From positions 62,001 to 126,000 of the forward strand of contig JYFJ02000185.1 of the NCBI GenBank assembly GCA_000934665.2: 64,000 nt of DNA. Direction: 5' to 3'. Numbering within the stretch: the stretch's first letter is position 1; each line of letters begins with the position of its first letter. Shown one piece after another: positions 1 to 15,600 of this stretch. Position numbers and translations under genes: made by a program. This stretch comes from Catajapyx aquilonaris. Lineage: Eukaryota. The notes beneath the pieces are model-generated. The model saw only the letters and a list, made by a program, of their open reading frames with translations. It was not told the origin of the DNA and did not search any database.

Positions 1-1816
1 CGCCAGTCAATGTCCCGTAAAAGAATAACCTTGTTGTCGTGGAGGGCTCCATCAACGCGGCTTTTTTAGCAAAACATTTTAACAAAAAAAAAATGCGGGC
101 CCCACCGACCGGCGATAGATTGGATTACACACGTAACGTGTCGCTTTTGTCAGCATTTGTTGGCGGCGTTCGTCAGGAATCAATGCTATTTTGTTTTTGA
201 AGCCACTGCTGTTGGATCAAGCTCAACCAGCGAAGTTTTTTTTGCACGCTATTTTTTTTGCCTCGTCAATCCGATCGATTGGATGGATTGAAGCGGTTTC
301 GGATTATACTACTGCAATAAAAATCGTGTTTTCTGGAGTACACACACACACATCTTACAATTGCATGGGTATGAATAACGAGTCTTCTTGCTAGATCCTA
401 CAGTGCCTTCCGATTGTTCCTGGAATCTTGGAAGAAGAAAAAAACGGAAGAAAGGCACGAGTGCATTCCAAGACCTCCGATTTCGGTCCTCATTACTGAA
501 GAAGTAGAATCCCAGTCTTTGTGCCTGCACCTTCAGCAGCCTTATTGCAGTTTTCGGCTTGGGCTTTTTCCTCTCCTTCTCCTCCCAACAAAGGTGGCGC
601 CCACCTCATCATCAGCTCATATCGATTCCTCTTTCTTCCTTACCCTTCCTGGAGAACGTCTCAAGTATCCTCGTTCCATCATAATTGCCTTGCTATAGAC
701 GGCCTATATATATCCATGGTCGTCGCTCTATAGACAGACACATCCTCGTCTCGTTCCATCGATTAACTGGAGCGATGAAACTGTCGGAATTATTATGTGC
801 ACCGCTGTAACTATTAATAGAGGACAACACTGCGAACTTAAATTAAATTTAAATGAATATCTCTCCCAACTTTTTCTTAAAACAGTTTGTAGTGCAATCC
901 GGTATTACATGACGAATAGTCAAATTAGCAGACAGACCAATGGAATCCGGCTCACAAGAGAGTCCCAATCGATACCCGGAGCTGTTTAGAGGCAATTTGG
1001 ACACGCATTAAAATCGGAAGGTTTGCGATTCGAGGTTTCGGAATCCGTGCCTGGACCCAAAGTTTGGTAATCGGAAGGCAGACCGGATGAACCAGTTCCT
1101 TTACCCCCCCCCAAAGCCCTTCACCATAATGTGGCTCAGAGACCCAATATTGGTCTGGAATGTGTTGGCGGACCTTTTCCCCTGCAAACCTGAAGGAGAG
1201 GGTTTGCCGCCTCGCTAACAAGTTATATTATTAAAGAGAAGTAGCGTCTAGCCTGCGGAAAGGGGAAAAAACACATTCCAAAAAAAGTTGGGTCGAATAT
1301 TGCCAATTTTCTATTCTTTTCAGAGTTTGCGCGTGCTGGTAGCAAGAATAGCCTCAGTCGTGAAGATTTGCTTACCTACCATTTTTTTTCACTTTCATTC
1401 GTGGGCTCAGATTTTTGCCCGTGAATAAGTCAATCATGGTCTCTTCTTCGGGTTTGGAAAACTGTGTTTGCTCGAAGAGTTTCTCGGTTGAGGAGTAAAG
1501 AAGGTGGTGACAGGAACAGACAGAAGGGGTCGCACAGGCAATCAGACCGCCTTCTGACAAAATTCGGATTCAATTGATAAGTTGCGGGGAGGATGAAAAA
1601 TAAACTCTTCCTCAGTTTGTCTTTGTCTACTCGATCCCGACATGTACGGAGCCTCGGACAGAAAAAACATATTGGCTGTCACCTTTTTTTGTGTGCGTGT
1701 CGCTTGACTAGCCCTCCAATTTCATGTCAGAGAGGGTACATTGTGTATTGATCGGTTTTGTCGCCTCAGGGATGTCTTTGCTATATTCAAGTCGGATATG
1801 GGCATTATTACATATT

Positions 1817-1836
1817 AGAGAGAGAGAGAGAGAGAG
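1817..1836. repeat. (AG)10 microsatellite
   Basis: Read directly. Confidence 0.9.
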
Positions 1837-3514
1837 GACGAGGGCTTCATTTTGAGCTGGCAAAAGGACGGGGCTAAATGCTTTGCATTGGAGATAAAAT
1901 TTCATTACCATCTCTCTGAGAATGTCGTGTAGTTGAACTCGATAATGGCTCGTTAATAAGCACTTGAGTGAACTAATCAATATTGAATGACTAAACGGAG
2001 ACTGGAAACTTATTCAAAACCCATCCCTGGAAATGAGCAGGCCGGCCAATTGCATTACGGGATCCAATTCAATTGGCGAATTATTGCGCCAGTAAATAAA
2101 ACGCAGAATGAAGCAACTGGGGTAACGAAGTCCGATGCATTAATCGGTATCGATGCTTTAAATGGCCTGCGGTTTCCCTTCAGGCGTATAAGCTCGAATG
2201 CAATGGGAGAAAGAGTGGGTATAGGGGGGATTAGGGGCGGTTTACTATTGAGAGAGACTTTACCTTCTCATGTGAATTCAGCAGGACCAGTTTCAGGCCA
2301 CTTGTGCTTTTCAATTATCCAAAAAGGCACCGGGCCTCGACCACTCTTCTTACTCGTCTTCCACGCGAGCGATGACAGTTTGAATGCGAAGCGTCATGTA
2401 CTGTCCTCCAACTTTGCCTCCACAAAACCACGCATGTCTGGCACGATTCTTTAGACACGCGGAGAAACGACCGCTCAAATAGGTGACTAATTGCAAATTA
2501 AATTTGTCATTCACTGTATGAAGGCGTTGTCATTTTGTTTACATTCACGATTACAAAGAGCAGGCTTGCATTATAATATGATAATTAGCAATATACAGTA
2601 TAAGCAATGATTTTTATGGACGCTAGAAATTGCTCGGGGGATACTTTTTGTTAAAAGTTCTATAGCTTATTATTCTATTATTCTATTGAATTATGTATGA
2701 TTCGTATTAATTTATTTAATACTCGTATCATTCCACTGGGTAGATAAATGGGAGGAATGGATCGGACAGAACTACAGAGAAGTAACTGAGTCAATTGAAG
2801 AGGCATATGCTCTCTTATATTTACAAAGATTTTATGCGAGTTGAAAATATTTTTGTGTCAGGAATTAAATATTAATGATTTTATTTTCAGGAAAGGTTAG
2901 CGCATAACACAAGGAATGATTTTGTGGGGCCATTAATCACCTAGGCTACCTCTGACCCCCAATTGGTTGTCCCTGTATGACTCTGTAAACTTTAAAGTTA
3001 CAATTAATTTATTTACTGCTTGATTCATGAGTTACCCAAGAACTGGCTCCATCAGAATCCTGGTGAAAATTAAGCGTAAATGGAAGTTTTGAATTCAGTA
3101 AAACGTTGCAGAAGTTCATCTTTTGAAAAAGTGCTTTTTCACCAAATTGTGACCACCTAATATCAGTAATTATTATTTATGGGTCATGCAGAGTAATGAT
3201 TTATTGTGACAGAATTCTGATTGAGAACATAAATAACTTTACAAACTGACAAGGAACATATCTCGTGATAATAACGGATCATGATGAAACTGAATATGCT
3301 AATAAAGGACAATGTATGATAACCAAGAAGGAAGTCATTTCGGGCTTAGGCCCATAATATTTGCAAAAGTTATGACGTGTTAAGTGCTAAAAATAATACA
3401 TTTTTATGCACAATGGAATTACATTAGCGACCGCATATAATAACATTGAGGTTTTATTGTACCAAATTCACATTATTTAACTGTCACACAATTTATTTAC
3501 ACACACACAGTTCA

Positions 3515-3633
3515 TTTTTAATGAATGGTTTTACAGAACGACCTAAATGTACCGCCGTATAAACGCTATACAGAACCACCTAAGTGTCCTGCTGCATAAC
3601 CACTGTACGTATACGTAAACCATTCATTAAAAA
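3515..3633. mobile_element. Small foldback/MITE-like unit: 17-bp perfect inverted repeats enclosing two 37-bp tandem repeats
   Basis: TTTTTAATGAATGGTTT (3515-3531) and AAACCATTCATTAAAAA (3617-3633). Internal units 3532-3568 and 3569-3605 are 28/37 identical. No clear TSD. Confidence 0.55.
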
Positions 3634-6600
3634 GTGTCAACCCCGACCCCGCGTTGAGAATAATTCCATTATGAATACGGGCCTAAATGTGCAGAGTAAA
3701 TTAAGTCCATGATGATGATGCTTATTGGTCTTACATGCCCTGAATTATTATTAATTAAGTTGACAAGATATCTTCTGAGAATGTATGTCAAGAATGAAAA
3801 TAATATTCAAGATGTAGCTCTAGAGAGTTGCACTGTAAAATTATGGCTGGGAAATGCGCTGCCAAATATTTTTCCTTTCTTGGATGCCAAGAAGCATACT
3901 GTAGGATTAAAGTAAATGTTGGCATTGTGCAAGAGGCAATATATTGTACTGGTTATTCTGCCTATGCATTGCGTAGCGTTATTGTCCAGTACAGTACTTT
4001 TTGTGGATGAAAGGAATAACCTTGAGTCACATGCCTGATTATCAGCCTGGAAGTTAACCCACATTCCTTTTGTGGAATATTGTAATAAAACAGGACAATT
4101 CAAGAATGTAAAAATCGGAACAACATAGTGGAGCAAGGAAATTCCCATCAGATAGTCTTTTCTGATAACTATAGGATTATGAAATGACCCGAATGAAAAA
4201 ATAAATTGGCATCTTTAAAATAAATGAAAAATTTCAGTTTGATAAGTCATCTTTCTCCAATGCTCTCCATCTCCCCCAACAATTAAAATTAAGCAACCAA
4301 CAGATTATAATTATCAAAGTTTTAAAATGTGTCACAATGATACCTGCAGGTGTTACATGCATGCATTATGTCACTGCCACTAATCTCTGATATGACAAGT
4401 GGCTCTTGCATGTAGTCCATGACAGATAAGTATGAGCTGCTGATCACTGCACAGTTCACATTACTGTAGATAAAACGGATTTGACTACTAAAACACCAAG
4501 TTTTTTTTGTGCTGAGTCCCACAGTCGTCTGAACTGGTGTTACTGGTTTCGTTCCCACATAATCTGCCCCGTGATTTAACGAGACTTTTAAAATCATAAG
4601 GCAACTAGAGAACTAGTAACTAGAAAACCCAACTCTATTATTTCAGGGACTAGTAGTGTAGCGAACATTAATAATGTTTAGGAATTTACGTCACCATTTT
4701 ATTATTTATGATAACAAAAGGGTGATGATATTTTTGCAGTTATTTCACCTTGTTGGTATTTGCTTACTGAAGATGGACTTAGCTTAAAAGCTCCTTTTCT
4801 TCACACTGTACTGCATCTCCGAGTCGGTCCAGCAGCATCAAGGAGCCACCGAATGAATATAGAGCGATGGGACTTTTCATCCAGCGCCATTTTGAGTGGA
4901 CAAAGTCGATGCCGGATAGAGGCCTTGTCAGAAAGGTGGCCACGTGTAGGGCATAAAGTCAGCTCGCCTTTCTTTTCTCCGGAATAGAACCGGGGTTAGA
5001 GAGTGAGGAGCACGGGGCTGGAAGGAGGGCACAAAAAGAGAAGAAAATCCAACAGTAGTTGCAGATAAAAAAAAAGGAGAGGAGGAAGGCTTTCAATCGA
5101 AAGACTCAGGGGATGGGAGTCAAAGGGAAGCCGGTCCTCCCCCGGTCTTCTCTATGAAAGATGACGGGTTGAATGGGTCAGACCAGGCGGAGGCGAACTT
5201 GTGTCCACCGCAAGAGCCCCGGGGCCCCCTGTCCGGAGCAGTGTACGGAAAGAAAGGCCCAAGTCGGGTGAGAAATGGAGCGGCTCCGGAGAAAGTTGGG
5301 TAGAGAAGCGACGGTGCGGAAGGGAATCCGGGATACTCCCATGCTGCCGCTGGCACCCAACTTTGCTTTTTCTGGAAGAGAAGAGAGAGAAGAGAATATA
5401 TAGAAAAATGTGCACCCCAGCTCCACCAAAAATCGACACCGGGACCCCTTGCCAAATAGATGGCATCGCCAAGTTCCCTGACGACCTCGTAAAAGTCAAA
5501 TTAAAAGAATGTGATCAATATATTTATATAGGATGATGGGGAGAGGAGCGAAGACAAAAAGGAAGTGTTTGTGGCATGGAAATAAAGCTTGCGCTCAGGG
5601 GGCTTGAGAGAATACGGAAACGTGGTCTCAACCCGGAACGGCGTTTATTACACTCGGAGGGATCGTCCACTCCGGAGATGCAGCCTCCCCAATTGGACCG
5701 CAAAACGACCTTGATGACGCCTCTCGGTTCCTGCTACTGTCGACGGTGTTGTCCAACGGGATTTGTCTCATGCTAAGTGTTACTACGGCCATCACGAAGT
5801 CACAAAGAAGCGATTTTATCACTGCTATACTGTTAGGATCATTATGTTGCTATGTACATCATTAATTATCACTCTAGTTAAAATAATATGAGCATTGTTT
5901 ATAGATTAAATGCAGATGAAAAATAGAGTTTATGCATGCTGCTCGTCTATTGTTGAATAGTAGTATTATCACCGTTAAAAATGACAATTTTGCCCACCAT
6001 GACGTGTGTGTGTGTGTGTATTTTCAAAGGAAGGTGGGAATCAAAAGCGCATTGGAAAAATTAAAAGTTGGCCTATTGTGCTGGGAACACAATGGTCGTT
6101 TGGCGCCTATTGGAAATCGGCGCCCCCGAAAGGTCTTGCTACACGCTGACACCACTTTTTTTTTTTGCAAATTTTCTTGTTGGCCCGGACCGCGTCTGGC
6201 GTTCATGCAATCTCCATGGTCAGGAACGAATTAATGTTCAGTGGTTCAATCAATCAGCCGCAAGCCATAAAAGCCAACGTCGGCTCATAAGAGGCATGAT
6301 GTGGCGGGAACATCGGAAGGAGATCGACCCGGATTTTGTTTCAGCCAATCGCCTTTGACAGAATTTGTGTTTTCTCGCTCATAGTATATACAGTAGTAGC
6401 TAGGTAGCATTCTCTCAAATCAAATATTGCTTAGTCAGTCCTAAGTTATTTTGCTGCCATTTGAAATGGTTGAATGAAAAATTACTTGATCTCCATGCGC
6501 CAAATATGATATTCCGAAATCCTGTAAAACATCCTTGAGACATTCATCGAATATTTTTTGAGTATTTAACTGATCAAACCAGTACACTTGTTAGCTTATT

Positions 6601-9600
6601 AAGCTGCATCTAGTGCACTCTTCCAGTAGTCCCACTCGAAAAATGCGAATGAAAATTATTAATTAGCTTATTAATAAGCATCTTAAAATCTTCCTTTCCG
6701 TCTCTCCCTCTCTCTCTAATCATAAAATGCTCACAACTCTGAACAAAAAAGGCGGATCTCACATGCTGGCTGGCTGTGCAAGTATTAGGGGGAAAGGGAT
6801 GGAAAATTCCTTGGCAGCTCAATTAAACCCAGTTGTTCCGAGTAAGATGAATATTTATAGCTGGGATTCCCCGCCTGTAATCTATAATTGAAGATTAAGG
6901 CAAGTGGTGGCGACGTATTCTCCACGGCGGAATGCGGAGTCTGAAAAGTGTCCTAACGTCTTAGCGCTGGTGACATGGCGGACCCTCCTTTTCTCTCTCG
7001 CGGGCTACAAAGTGTTCGAGGGGGCGAAATAAAACGGTTTCCCTGGCGCAGCTAATGGGGACCTTAATTCAGTGGTGCAGGCACCAGCTGCTGCCTCTGC
7101 TCCAGATGAGGGAGATAGAAAAGGAAAAAAGGGAAGGAGGGAGAGGCGGGGGGAAAGGATTCCACACAACTTCGGCTAAAGGTGATTAAATGTGCGTGTC
7201 ATAAAAGGACTCGTTGCATTATCGAAAATTGAAAAAAAAAGTCTCTAGAAATGTGAAATATCCATTTGTAACTCGTAAGCTTAGAGGGGTTGTTCAACAG
7301 TATGCGTGCAAGCTGCCAATTGACAGTGCCAATGTATATACTTCCAACGCGGACGTTATTTTTGGCATGTAACGCACCAAACTGTTGTGTCAACCTCTCT
7401 AACATTATTCGTGAGAAAATTGAAGTTCTGTATATAGAGGTAACTATTGAGAAGATGCGTACTTGTGATCCTGAAACGTATATTACCAGTGAGTCAAGGG
7501 TGCGGTTGCATGTATATCAGGATGAAATAATATACCTCACAGTGCATCACAGTATGTAGATCACATTTCAGAAGGAATTGACATCGTGGAATCCTGTAAT
7601 CCGCGCATCAAAAGCATGTAAAGCCTGAGTGCTTGTAAAATTATGCGTCTGATTTGAATAACAACATTAGTTCTTTCCCTCTCCATTTTGTTGGAGAAGG
7701 AAGCATCGAGCCTCCTGGATATGTTGTGAGCAAATGCCACAGTACTTCCGCCACTTGGACTTATCCCGCCGAGCCCATTCCTTCCCAAGCAATCCTCAGT
7801 TCCGGTTGAATCTAACTGCATATAAATCGCGGTTTTATTCACTACCGACTCTGAACCGTCGCAGCGCCTTCCGTTGTATGTTTCGGAAGGCAATAAGCCC
7901 GACTGCGCCTATATATATACACACACAAGGATGACTTATGCAGGCAGCAGGACTGCTACAGTATTGCAGCCAATGTGACTTGATTTATATGGCAGCTTCG
8001 GGCTCGTCGTTCACAGAACGAAAAGCCGGCAGACAGACGTCGCCCAATGGCACTTACTCTAAGCCTTGTAAATGTCGCGATATATATTTTTTCGCTCTCT
8101 ATTTCTCATGAGCTCCGGCCATCGTTGATTTTTTATTTGGAAATAGAAGAAAAGGTGCGAGGATTGATTTTGCTGTGCCACAATAACTCTAGCGACATTT
8201 TAATAATATTGGGCAACAGTCGCACTGTTCATTTTTCCGACTCAAAAAAACAGGTATAGGATAAAGCTATTGCACTAAAACCTGTCCTGATGGCGAAGGT
8301 GTCCTTTCGAATTTTTTGGGGGAGGATAACATCAGCATCCCGATGGGGGGTGTGGTAATGAATTCTTTCCGCGACGTGTTAAATCCAGTTCATGCGCGCG
8401 TCATTTGCTTTTTCCAGTTCGCATGTTTACGAAGCATTGCAGCTCGTTTCCGTTCCGTGTGTACAACATGGCAGGATTAGCATATTACACTGCGGCAATT
8501 GCTGCCGCGAATTGTTTTGGTGACCGCAGTTTTGCGTCCATAACTGGCAAAACCTCCCCCCCCTGGTGAAATAGTGTCCCGGAGAGCCATGACACCGCAT
8601 TCCTATATTAAAACCACCGGTCAACTGCCGGGTCGTGACGGTGAAATATCCGCAAAACCAAACTGGATGCAGTTCCAAACGGTGACCTCCTTAGCCACGT
8701 TTTTTTTTTTTAATTCGCTCAACTCCAGCAGTTGCCCTTGGTATGCGTAACCCAAAAGCCACAATTTACACCAGGTTGCTTCTCTTTACAGCAAAAACTA
8801 GTCCTCTGAAACATGGGGCAGACAATTAGGGCTCTCTTTTCTGGCCCCAGCTCTGTTTCTGGGCATTCGGCTGGGCGCGTCGGAGGAAGGAAAAGTCCGG
8901 GCCAATAACATCAAGGCCCGGATGCGCCTTGGGACTAGGCCAAAGCAAATCAAGAGAGACACATGTTTACCTCCCAAGGACGGAACTGGGCTCACCTCCA
9001 AAAAGTTTCCAACCCTGGCCCCAACCCCATCCAACCCCGAATGGCTGCCAATGACGGAGCCACTGCTTGGCCTAGTCGCCCCTTATATTCTCCACCAGAC
9101 GATCAATGCGCCTTGGGGGGGAAACCCACCATCGATGACGGAGGAATATAAAAAAAAGATGCTAACCTTTGCAGTGTAAAATGTAACGAGATATTACCGT
9201 AAAAGCCAGTTTCATGTTCAGCTGTTGTGACTTGGGCATGAATAATTGAGCCTTCAAGTTGATGAGTTTGTAAAGTTTGTGTGCTTTCATATTGCATTGC
9301 AGGGAGGGAAAAAACGTCCAATTTTTTTTTGTAGTCGGAGTAGTAGCCACTTAGTCGCAAATAGCTATGTTTGCACACGTACTAATAGCGGCCTAGTGTT
9401 GACCTACTCGCCAGAGAGAACATGAACAGTGTACCTGCCGCCACATTTTCGCCATCGTCGTATAAACCGGAGCCCGAATGTTGCATTTCCCTACGATTTG
9501 AGTATATGCTCACGTTACATTCTGTGGCATGGAAGTGGAAACCACACCGCACACAATGCACACCTGCGATGTGCACAGCCTGCGAATATACGTGACCTTT

Positions 9601-12600
9601 AGCCATATGACTCTCTCTCCTAATTAGAAAGCCAGAATAAATATTCCGGACCCTGTTCAGAACTATACTTTTTTTTTAATTGGGGCAAAAGGGTCGGGAT
9701 ATGCTTAGAGATATGTTTTTTTTTTAAAATTATGGCTATAGAGAGCATACAATTATTTTCCATTCCTTGCCACACCTCCTGTGCCTCCAGTTTCCGGCAA
9801 GGCAGAAGAAGTTGTGCAGATCCGGCCCCTGGCACATCATCATGCTGGACTGGGTTCGTGTCACGGCCCCGGGTGTTTGCATGGGGCGATGGGGGAGGGG
9901 ACAGAAAAGAAGCCTGGAGGGTTAGAAGGGTAGGCCACCCCCGCAGCACATGGCGTCCCCTGTTCTATCTCTCCACGCTTCACACTATTCCGCCAGCAGG
10001 CAAAACCACTAGAGAGACTATGGGGCCCTTGTTGCTAGACTACAGCTGCTGGTGCTTTCAAGTGTCAGGTCAAGCAGAGGATGATGCCCCCTCTTTTTAA
10101 AGGGCCGGATGAATCCGTGCGTTCATGCAAAGTATTTTCGTCTCATTACACTTGTCCGCAGATACAGGCTCTCCCACTTTTGCAGGTTAGAATCCCGCTT
10201 CTATCAAACTGGGTCTCAAGTGTTCGTGTTGCAATGAGGAACTTCTTCTGTGTAAGAGCAGCGCGGGAGTAGGAGACCGTGGTAAATGCGGTTTGTGAGT
10301 TGCTAGTGCAGTAATTTGGAACAATCATGGTTGGGGCTTTCCTAGGGATAATGCGATTATTGAACGCAGTGTGGCACGATTAGCGTGATCAAAGGTAATG
10401 ATATCAGCCAAATTTTTTGATCGCATTTTTGCTCAGACCTGACGCCGAATATTACAAGACTTTCCGGGCAATATGCAATAAAGACCATATTACTCTTATA
10501 ATTACTACGGACATTTTTAAAGTCCAGGCTGATTATTATTTTCAAATATATACCGTATAAATGAAAATGAAACTTGTCCAGTGCAATGGAGTAAAACACA
10601 GTGCGAATAATTACAAATAGGTTACATGCATTTTTCCGGTATGTCTGACAGGCGAGATAAATATCCGTCAACCAATGTGTCGCCATGTTGTGTGCTGGTG
10701 CGAATTTTGCGTAATTAGTACCATATTTTCACTACATGGCTCTCTCAATATTTTGCTGCTCGATAATTTTCCCCTCAGAAAAGTACCGCTGTTGCCATGT
10801 GCGGAGTACTCGCAATTTACAGAGGCTGACGTTTCTATGGGACGATCGACATCCTGTAATCGACACAAAATTTTTGCAACATTTGACACCGTCAACGACT
10901 TTGAAAGAATTTTCTCTGCTTAAATTTACGTTCTCTATAATAATAATATTCATTCTCGGTTGCCCTGCAGTTGACCTTAGAGGGTTGTGTCTGAATAATG
11001 TTATGAAACACCCGGACCATCCCTCCAAACTGGACAGGTTGTCAGGGTAATTTCATGTTGGTGACATGCACTTGATGAGTAAATTAGACTTTGCAATCGT
11101 ATTATTTCTACAGTGCAGACCTAATCCGAGAGGCTGCTGTGCAAGTGCGCTTGGGATTAGGGGGCCTGGCTATCAAATATCGGTAATTTCTCTTCCAATA
11201 CCTGTGTCGTCAGATGAAGTGAGTCACTGAACCCTGGCCCATGAATATTGGCAAACTGCTCCATTACGAAGGCTTCTATACTGTACATGTTTATATGAAC
11301 TCGGAGAGAGTCCTCTGAAGTCCTTATAGGACGCAGCAATTTAAAATTTTCTGCTGACTGAAGTGGGCTATAATTGGATGCACGCATAATATCAGGGCCT
11401 AGAAAGCCAGAAAAACTTCAATTCTCTTTGGAACAGACATGCTTCAAAATTACTAAGAACTCATTTCAGGATGTGATGCTCTAGTTTCTTTTAGAGGAAG
11501 GAACGTCTCATGATCCATAAATGTGTAAGTTATTCAAGTTGCAGAAAACACCTGTGCAAAAAAGTCAGCTTTGTTTTTTCTCCGTTATTGACCTCTCCCC
11601 ACTTGTTACTCGCCAATCCAGCCTACCTTTTATAACAGAGGCCACGGCTTTATCAGAAACCTGGAAGCCCGACTCCTCCCAACACAACCACTTCCGTGTG
11701 TTCACTCAACAGCTTTCCGAGAATAAAATCCCCCCTCCAAAAAAGCAAGCCAGCTGGTGAGAGAGCGAGGGACAACATAACTTCGCATTTCCGCAACACT
11801 TCACGAAATCCACATTATTGTCGTGCCAGGGGATCTATCACGAGACAAGTCATTGACTTACATGCACGAGTGTTCTGGAACCTAACTTGATATTTTTGTT
11901 CCTTTTCTCACCACTCTCTCTTATTGATTCAAAGGGTCAGGCTTTTTGCTCTGCTCCATTGTTATCTCCAGAGTAGATGATGCGAATTTTATCTCCGGTT
12001 ATGCCCCAAGTATACACCAGACACTTTCTCTCTCTCGCTCTCTCAGCCGACATGTCTCTTTCCACTGCACTTTCTCTCCAGGAAGAGACGAGAGAAAAGC
12101 AAGCCTTTCCCCGCTTGTTTAAACCGTCCTCCTGGCACTGGTCCAAATTGTCAAAGCCTTGCGGCGAAGTCAGTGGAAACAATTACAAGTTAAAGAAGTT
12201 TTTGCCGCCGGGACTAAAGACTTTGCTTCTCCTGTCCAGAATAAGCCTACATGGGAAGTGGCAGTAGAAGCTTGCTAAAGGGGAGGGTGGGGGGAGCTCC
12301 TAAGATTTTGCAAAGACTTTGACAAATTTTAGGCCACAACCTCTTATTTCATATCCAGCTCAAAAAAATATGCTACTGATACACTCTGTAATATTGGCAT
12401 TTTCGCGGAGAATTTGTGTCATAAAACAGCCCCGTCCTTTCACGTGCAGCAAAGCATGCGTGGAATTTTTCACTCTATACATGAATGACGAGAAGTTCAT
12501 AAAGCCGGACAATTTTGCACCCATGCCTTGCAAATCCTTCTCTTGTTTGTCTCGCGCACTGTTTTATTCCCGGGGACTACTGCTGCTGCTGCCGAATTCA

Positions 12601-15600
12601 TTGTTCCTTCTGCTCACGTTTTCGGCCAACTCCTGTTCCATTATAAAATTGCCATGCATTTGACGCTCTAGAGACCTTCCACGTCGGAGGCATCAATAGA
12701 GAGTCCGGAATTCCTGTGTATCTCTCCAGACAAAATCATCGCCCGGTACTTTTGTATTCATATCACTAGAGCTGAGCGAGGAAGCTCGAAATATTCCCAC
12801 ACTGTACTGTATAAGGCAAAAATTGCCCTCATCCAGATTTTTGTCCCTGGGATTCTGCTCGCGTAACGAAGAGTGATTTGAAATGAGAACTGATCTGAAA
12901 GAGTCATGAGAGATGCACAACTCTGCTTCAAAACACGCGATTTATGAGGGATGGGGGAGGGGGGGGGGATTATTGCAGTTGGTGTCACGAGCAGATAATG
13001 GGCAGCGTGATTAGAGCAAATGGAGAGATTTTTTTTTTTAAATCCTTTGAATGTGGTAAATCCAGTGGTTGGTACACTGGCACTGCTTGAATGAGAAGAA
13101 ACAATGGAGATAATTTTTCAAATAGTACCACGCATTATGCTAACAAAATTGCCGAATTTTAGCAATATTATTGCAAAGCCTGTGTATCTATTGTGTAGTG
13201 GATTCACTCCGATCTTGAAATATTTGGCATAAAAAGGTCTCTGTATTTATATATATAAATCGCATCTATGGTGCCTTTTGCCACTTTTCGAGGCTTGTTC
13301 ATATTATTCTCTAAAAATGTGACATTGCCTTCAAAATATTACATTAAGGATGATGTAGAGTGTGGTTTTTTACTGTACAATGACATCATGTGCAGTGTAC
13401 TTATGCCAAGTATAGTAGACTACCTCTCGCTGTTGTTGTATGGCTCTCGGGGATTGAATCAGCGAAGAGGCGTACGCAACACACAAACAAAATGCTTCAA
13501 AGCTACACCCTGCTTTTCACTCTTTATGCAGCAGTACTCTGCTATTCGGGCGGTAATAATACTTGTACATTGATCCAAGAGGTGCATTCGAATGTAAAGT
13601 CAATTCATTTCCATGTTTTTCAGTCAGCAGGCGGCAAACATGCAAATAAGGGGTTGGCCCCAAAAAACAGGGGCAATTAGCCTGAAGTGGAATTATTATA
13701 AATAATTTACATATCAGGATATTAAAAGCACATGAGTTGATGCTACTGTAGTATTATTGCTATTAATCGGCTCATTATTTTATTTTCGAGATCGAATCGG
13801 AATGAAGGAGCAAGTAATGATGGGTGTGGAAGTATCATCATAATTAATACGGGCCTATGTGCTGAATTCATTAAACCTTTTACTGTATGTTATTACTCAA
13901 AATAAGCTCCTGCTTCACTGAAGCAACTAATTTATTTTAGGCGTAATTTTGCATCCACATGACGAGGCTGGCTGAGAGATCCGAGAGCCACCAAATGCTG
14001 TTACGTAAAAACAAAAATATCAAAAGGTTCTCCATAAGGTTTAGCCTCCCTAACTTTACTCACAAGACCCAGACTAAAATCGCATTTCTCTGGACCGGTC
14101 ACGGATGAAATTGTGTGTCCCATGGCTGGGTCCCGGCCTGTCAGATGACCACTGCCCCTCTCTAACTGCTAACAGATTTACGAGTCGGCGAAAAATGGCA
14201 GGCGGGGCACCATCGCCTCCCACGACGTCCCTTTTATTACCACATTAAACCAGGGCCGAAAAGCTGGGCAAACTTGAGTCGCGCTATCTGAAACAGCGCG
14301 ACGTTTCCCTCCCCCCCCCCTCCCCAAAAACAAGTTATCACCTCCTGAGGCCTTAATGCGTTTATTATCTGCCTGGGCCATCCGTTCTCACCTTCTCTTC
14401 AATGGAGCTTTGTGCCAGGCTTCCGGTGTGCAGTTTCGAGCGGAACGTGATATGCCGCGATAAAAACCTGGCCGATCTGTCTCCCAAAAGGAGGGGACGT
14501 AAAAATGGGCGTTAAGGTCTCCTTGCCCCAGAGAGGAACAATAGTTATGGAAAGTTGCATGCTTTTTCTATATATATATATATTTTTGGGGCCCCCCCTT
14601 GTGCATCTTGTAACATTTTTGGAGGAGAGTTGACACAAGAGTCGGGATGAACTAGGCATTGCACTCTCTTTTCCCAGAGTCCTTTCCTAGATCCTTCATA
14701 GCTGTCACGGGCAGAAGCTTTTATCCTCATGAGGCCTTTTTTTGTATTTTTTTTCGGTGGAAAGTCCGAACTCTGCCGGAGAGCGAAAAAAGTCAAACTC
14801 ATGTTAAGCGGAAAAAAAGAGGACAGATCAGTTTGAAATGTAATGTCAGGGCTTGTGGGGGTCGGAAATAAATACTGTAAAGTGACTCCAGAATCCAGGA
14901 GCAGGAGGTCGCATTGATCATTGGCTTACTTCCAAAGGAGACAAGAAGAAAAAAAAGGAGTGTTGTGGTTGTTCTTTGAAGCTGGTGTATGAATTCAAGA
15001 AGTTGCTAAACGTATCGACCTGACACCCCCAAGTGTACATTAAAACCGGTTATAAAATCCACACAGATAGGCGCGCAGTGGAAACAGGATTCTCACCCCT
15101 TCCAACTCCGAGAGTGTGTGCGTTTCTACTTTAACATAATATTTTCACAGGCGATTGAGGAATAAACTTGGCTTGTGCAGGCAGAGCAGATATCGCTGCA
15201 GCATTTGCTGCGGGGGAGAGAAAATCCGGGAGAGAGCCATATATAGACTAGTTAGTGATGGCCACAACACGACTCGGCTGGCCAGAGTCCAATAAAGTAA
15301 ATCGAACTTGCCATAAAAAATGTAAAGATTGCTTACAACGCCGAGGTCAATGACCAAAGTGGGCAATAAAGAGGGGATTTATTTTCGTTTTAGTGGCTTG
15401 GCACCCCCTAAGACTCCCCTTCCCCTCGTTTGGAGTGAAAAAGCCGTGGCTTTTATGAGGCATCTTTTGGGGGTCCGAAAAGGTTTCTTGTGCAGGGAGA
15501 GGCTGCCAAGGGCGGTTCCGACACCTTTCGAGTCTCTTGCATTCCCACCGTTTATTGATTCGCTTAAAAAGTAGAGGGGGGTAAGGGGGTTCCGGTTTCG

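Noticed and set aside
11863..11889. Minus-strand translation QVRFQNTRA resembles homeodomain helix 3 (QVWFQN.RA)
   Set aside because: The invariant Trp is Arg, there is an in-frame stop 7 codons upstream, there is no pyrimidine-rich acceptor and no helix 1/2 is visible. Chance or an unprovable relic; a TBLASTN with homeodomains would settle it.
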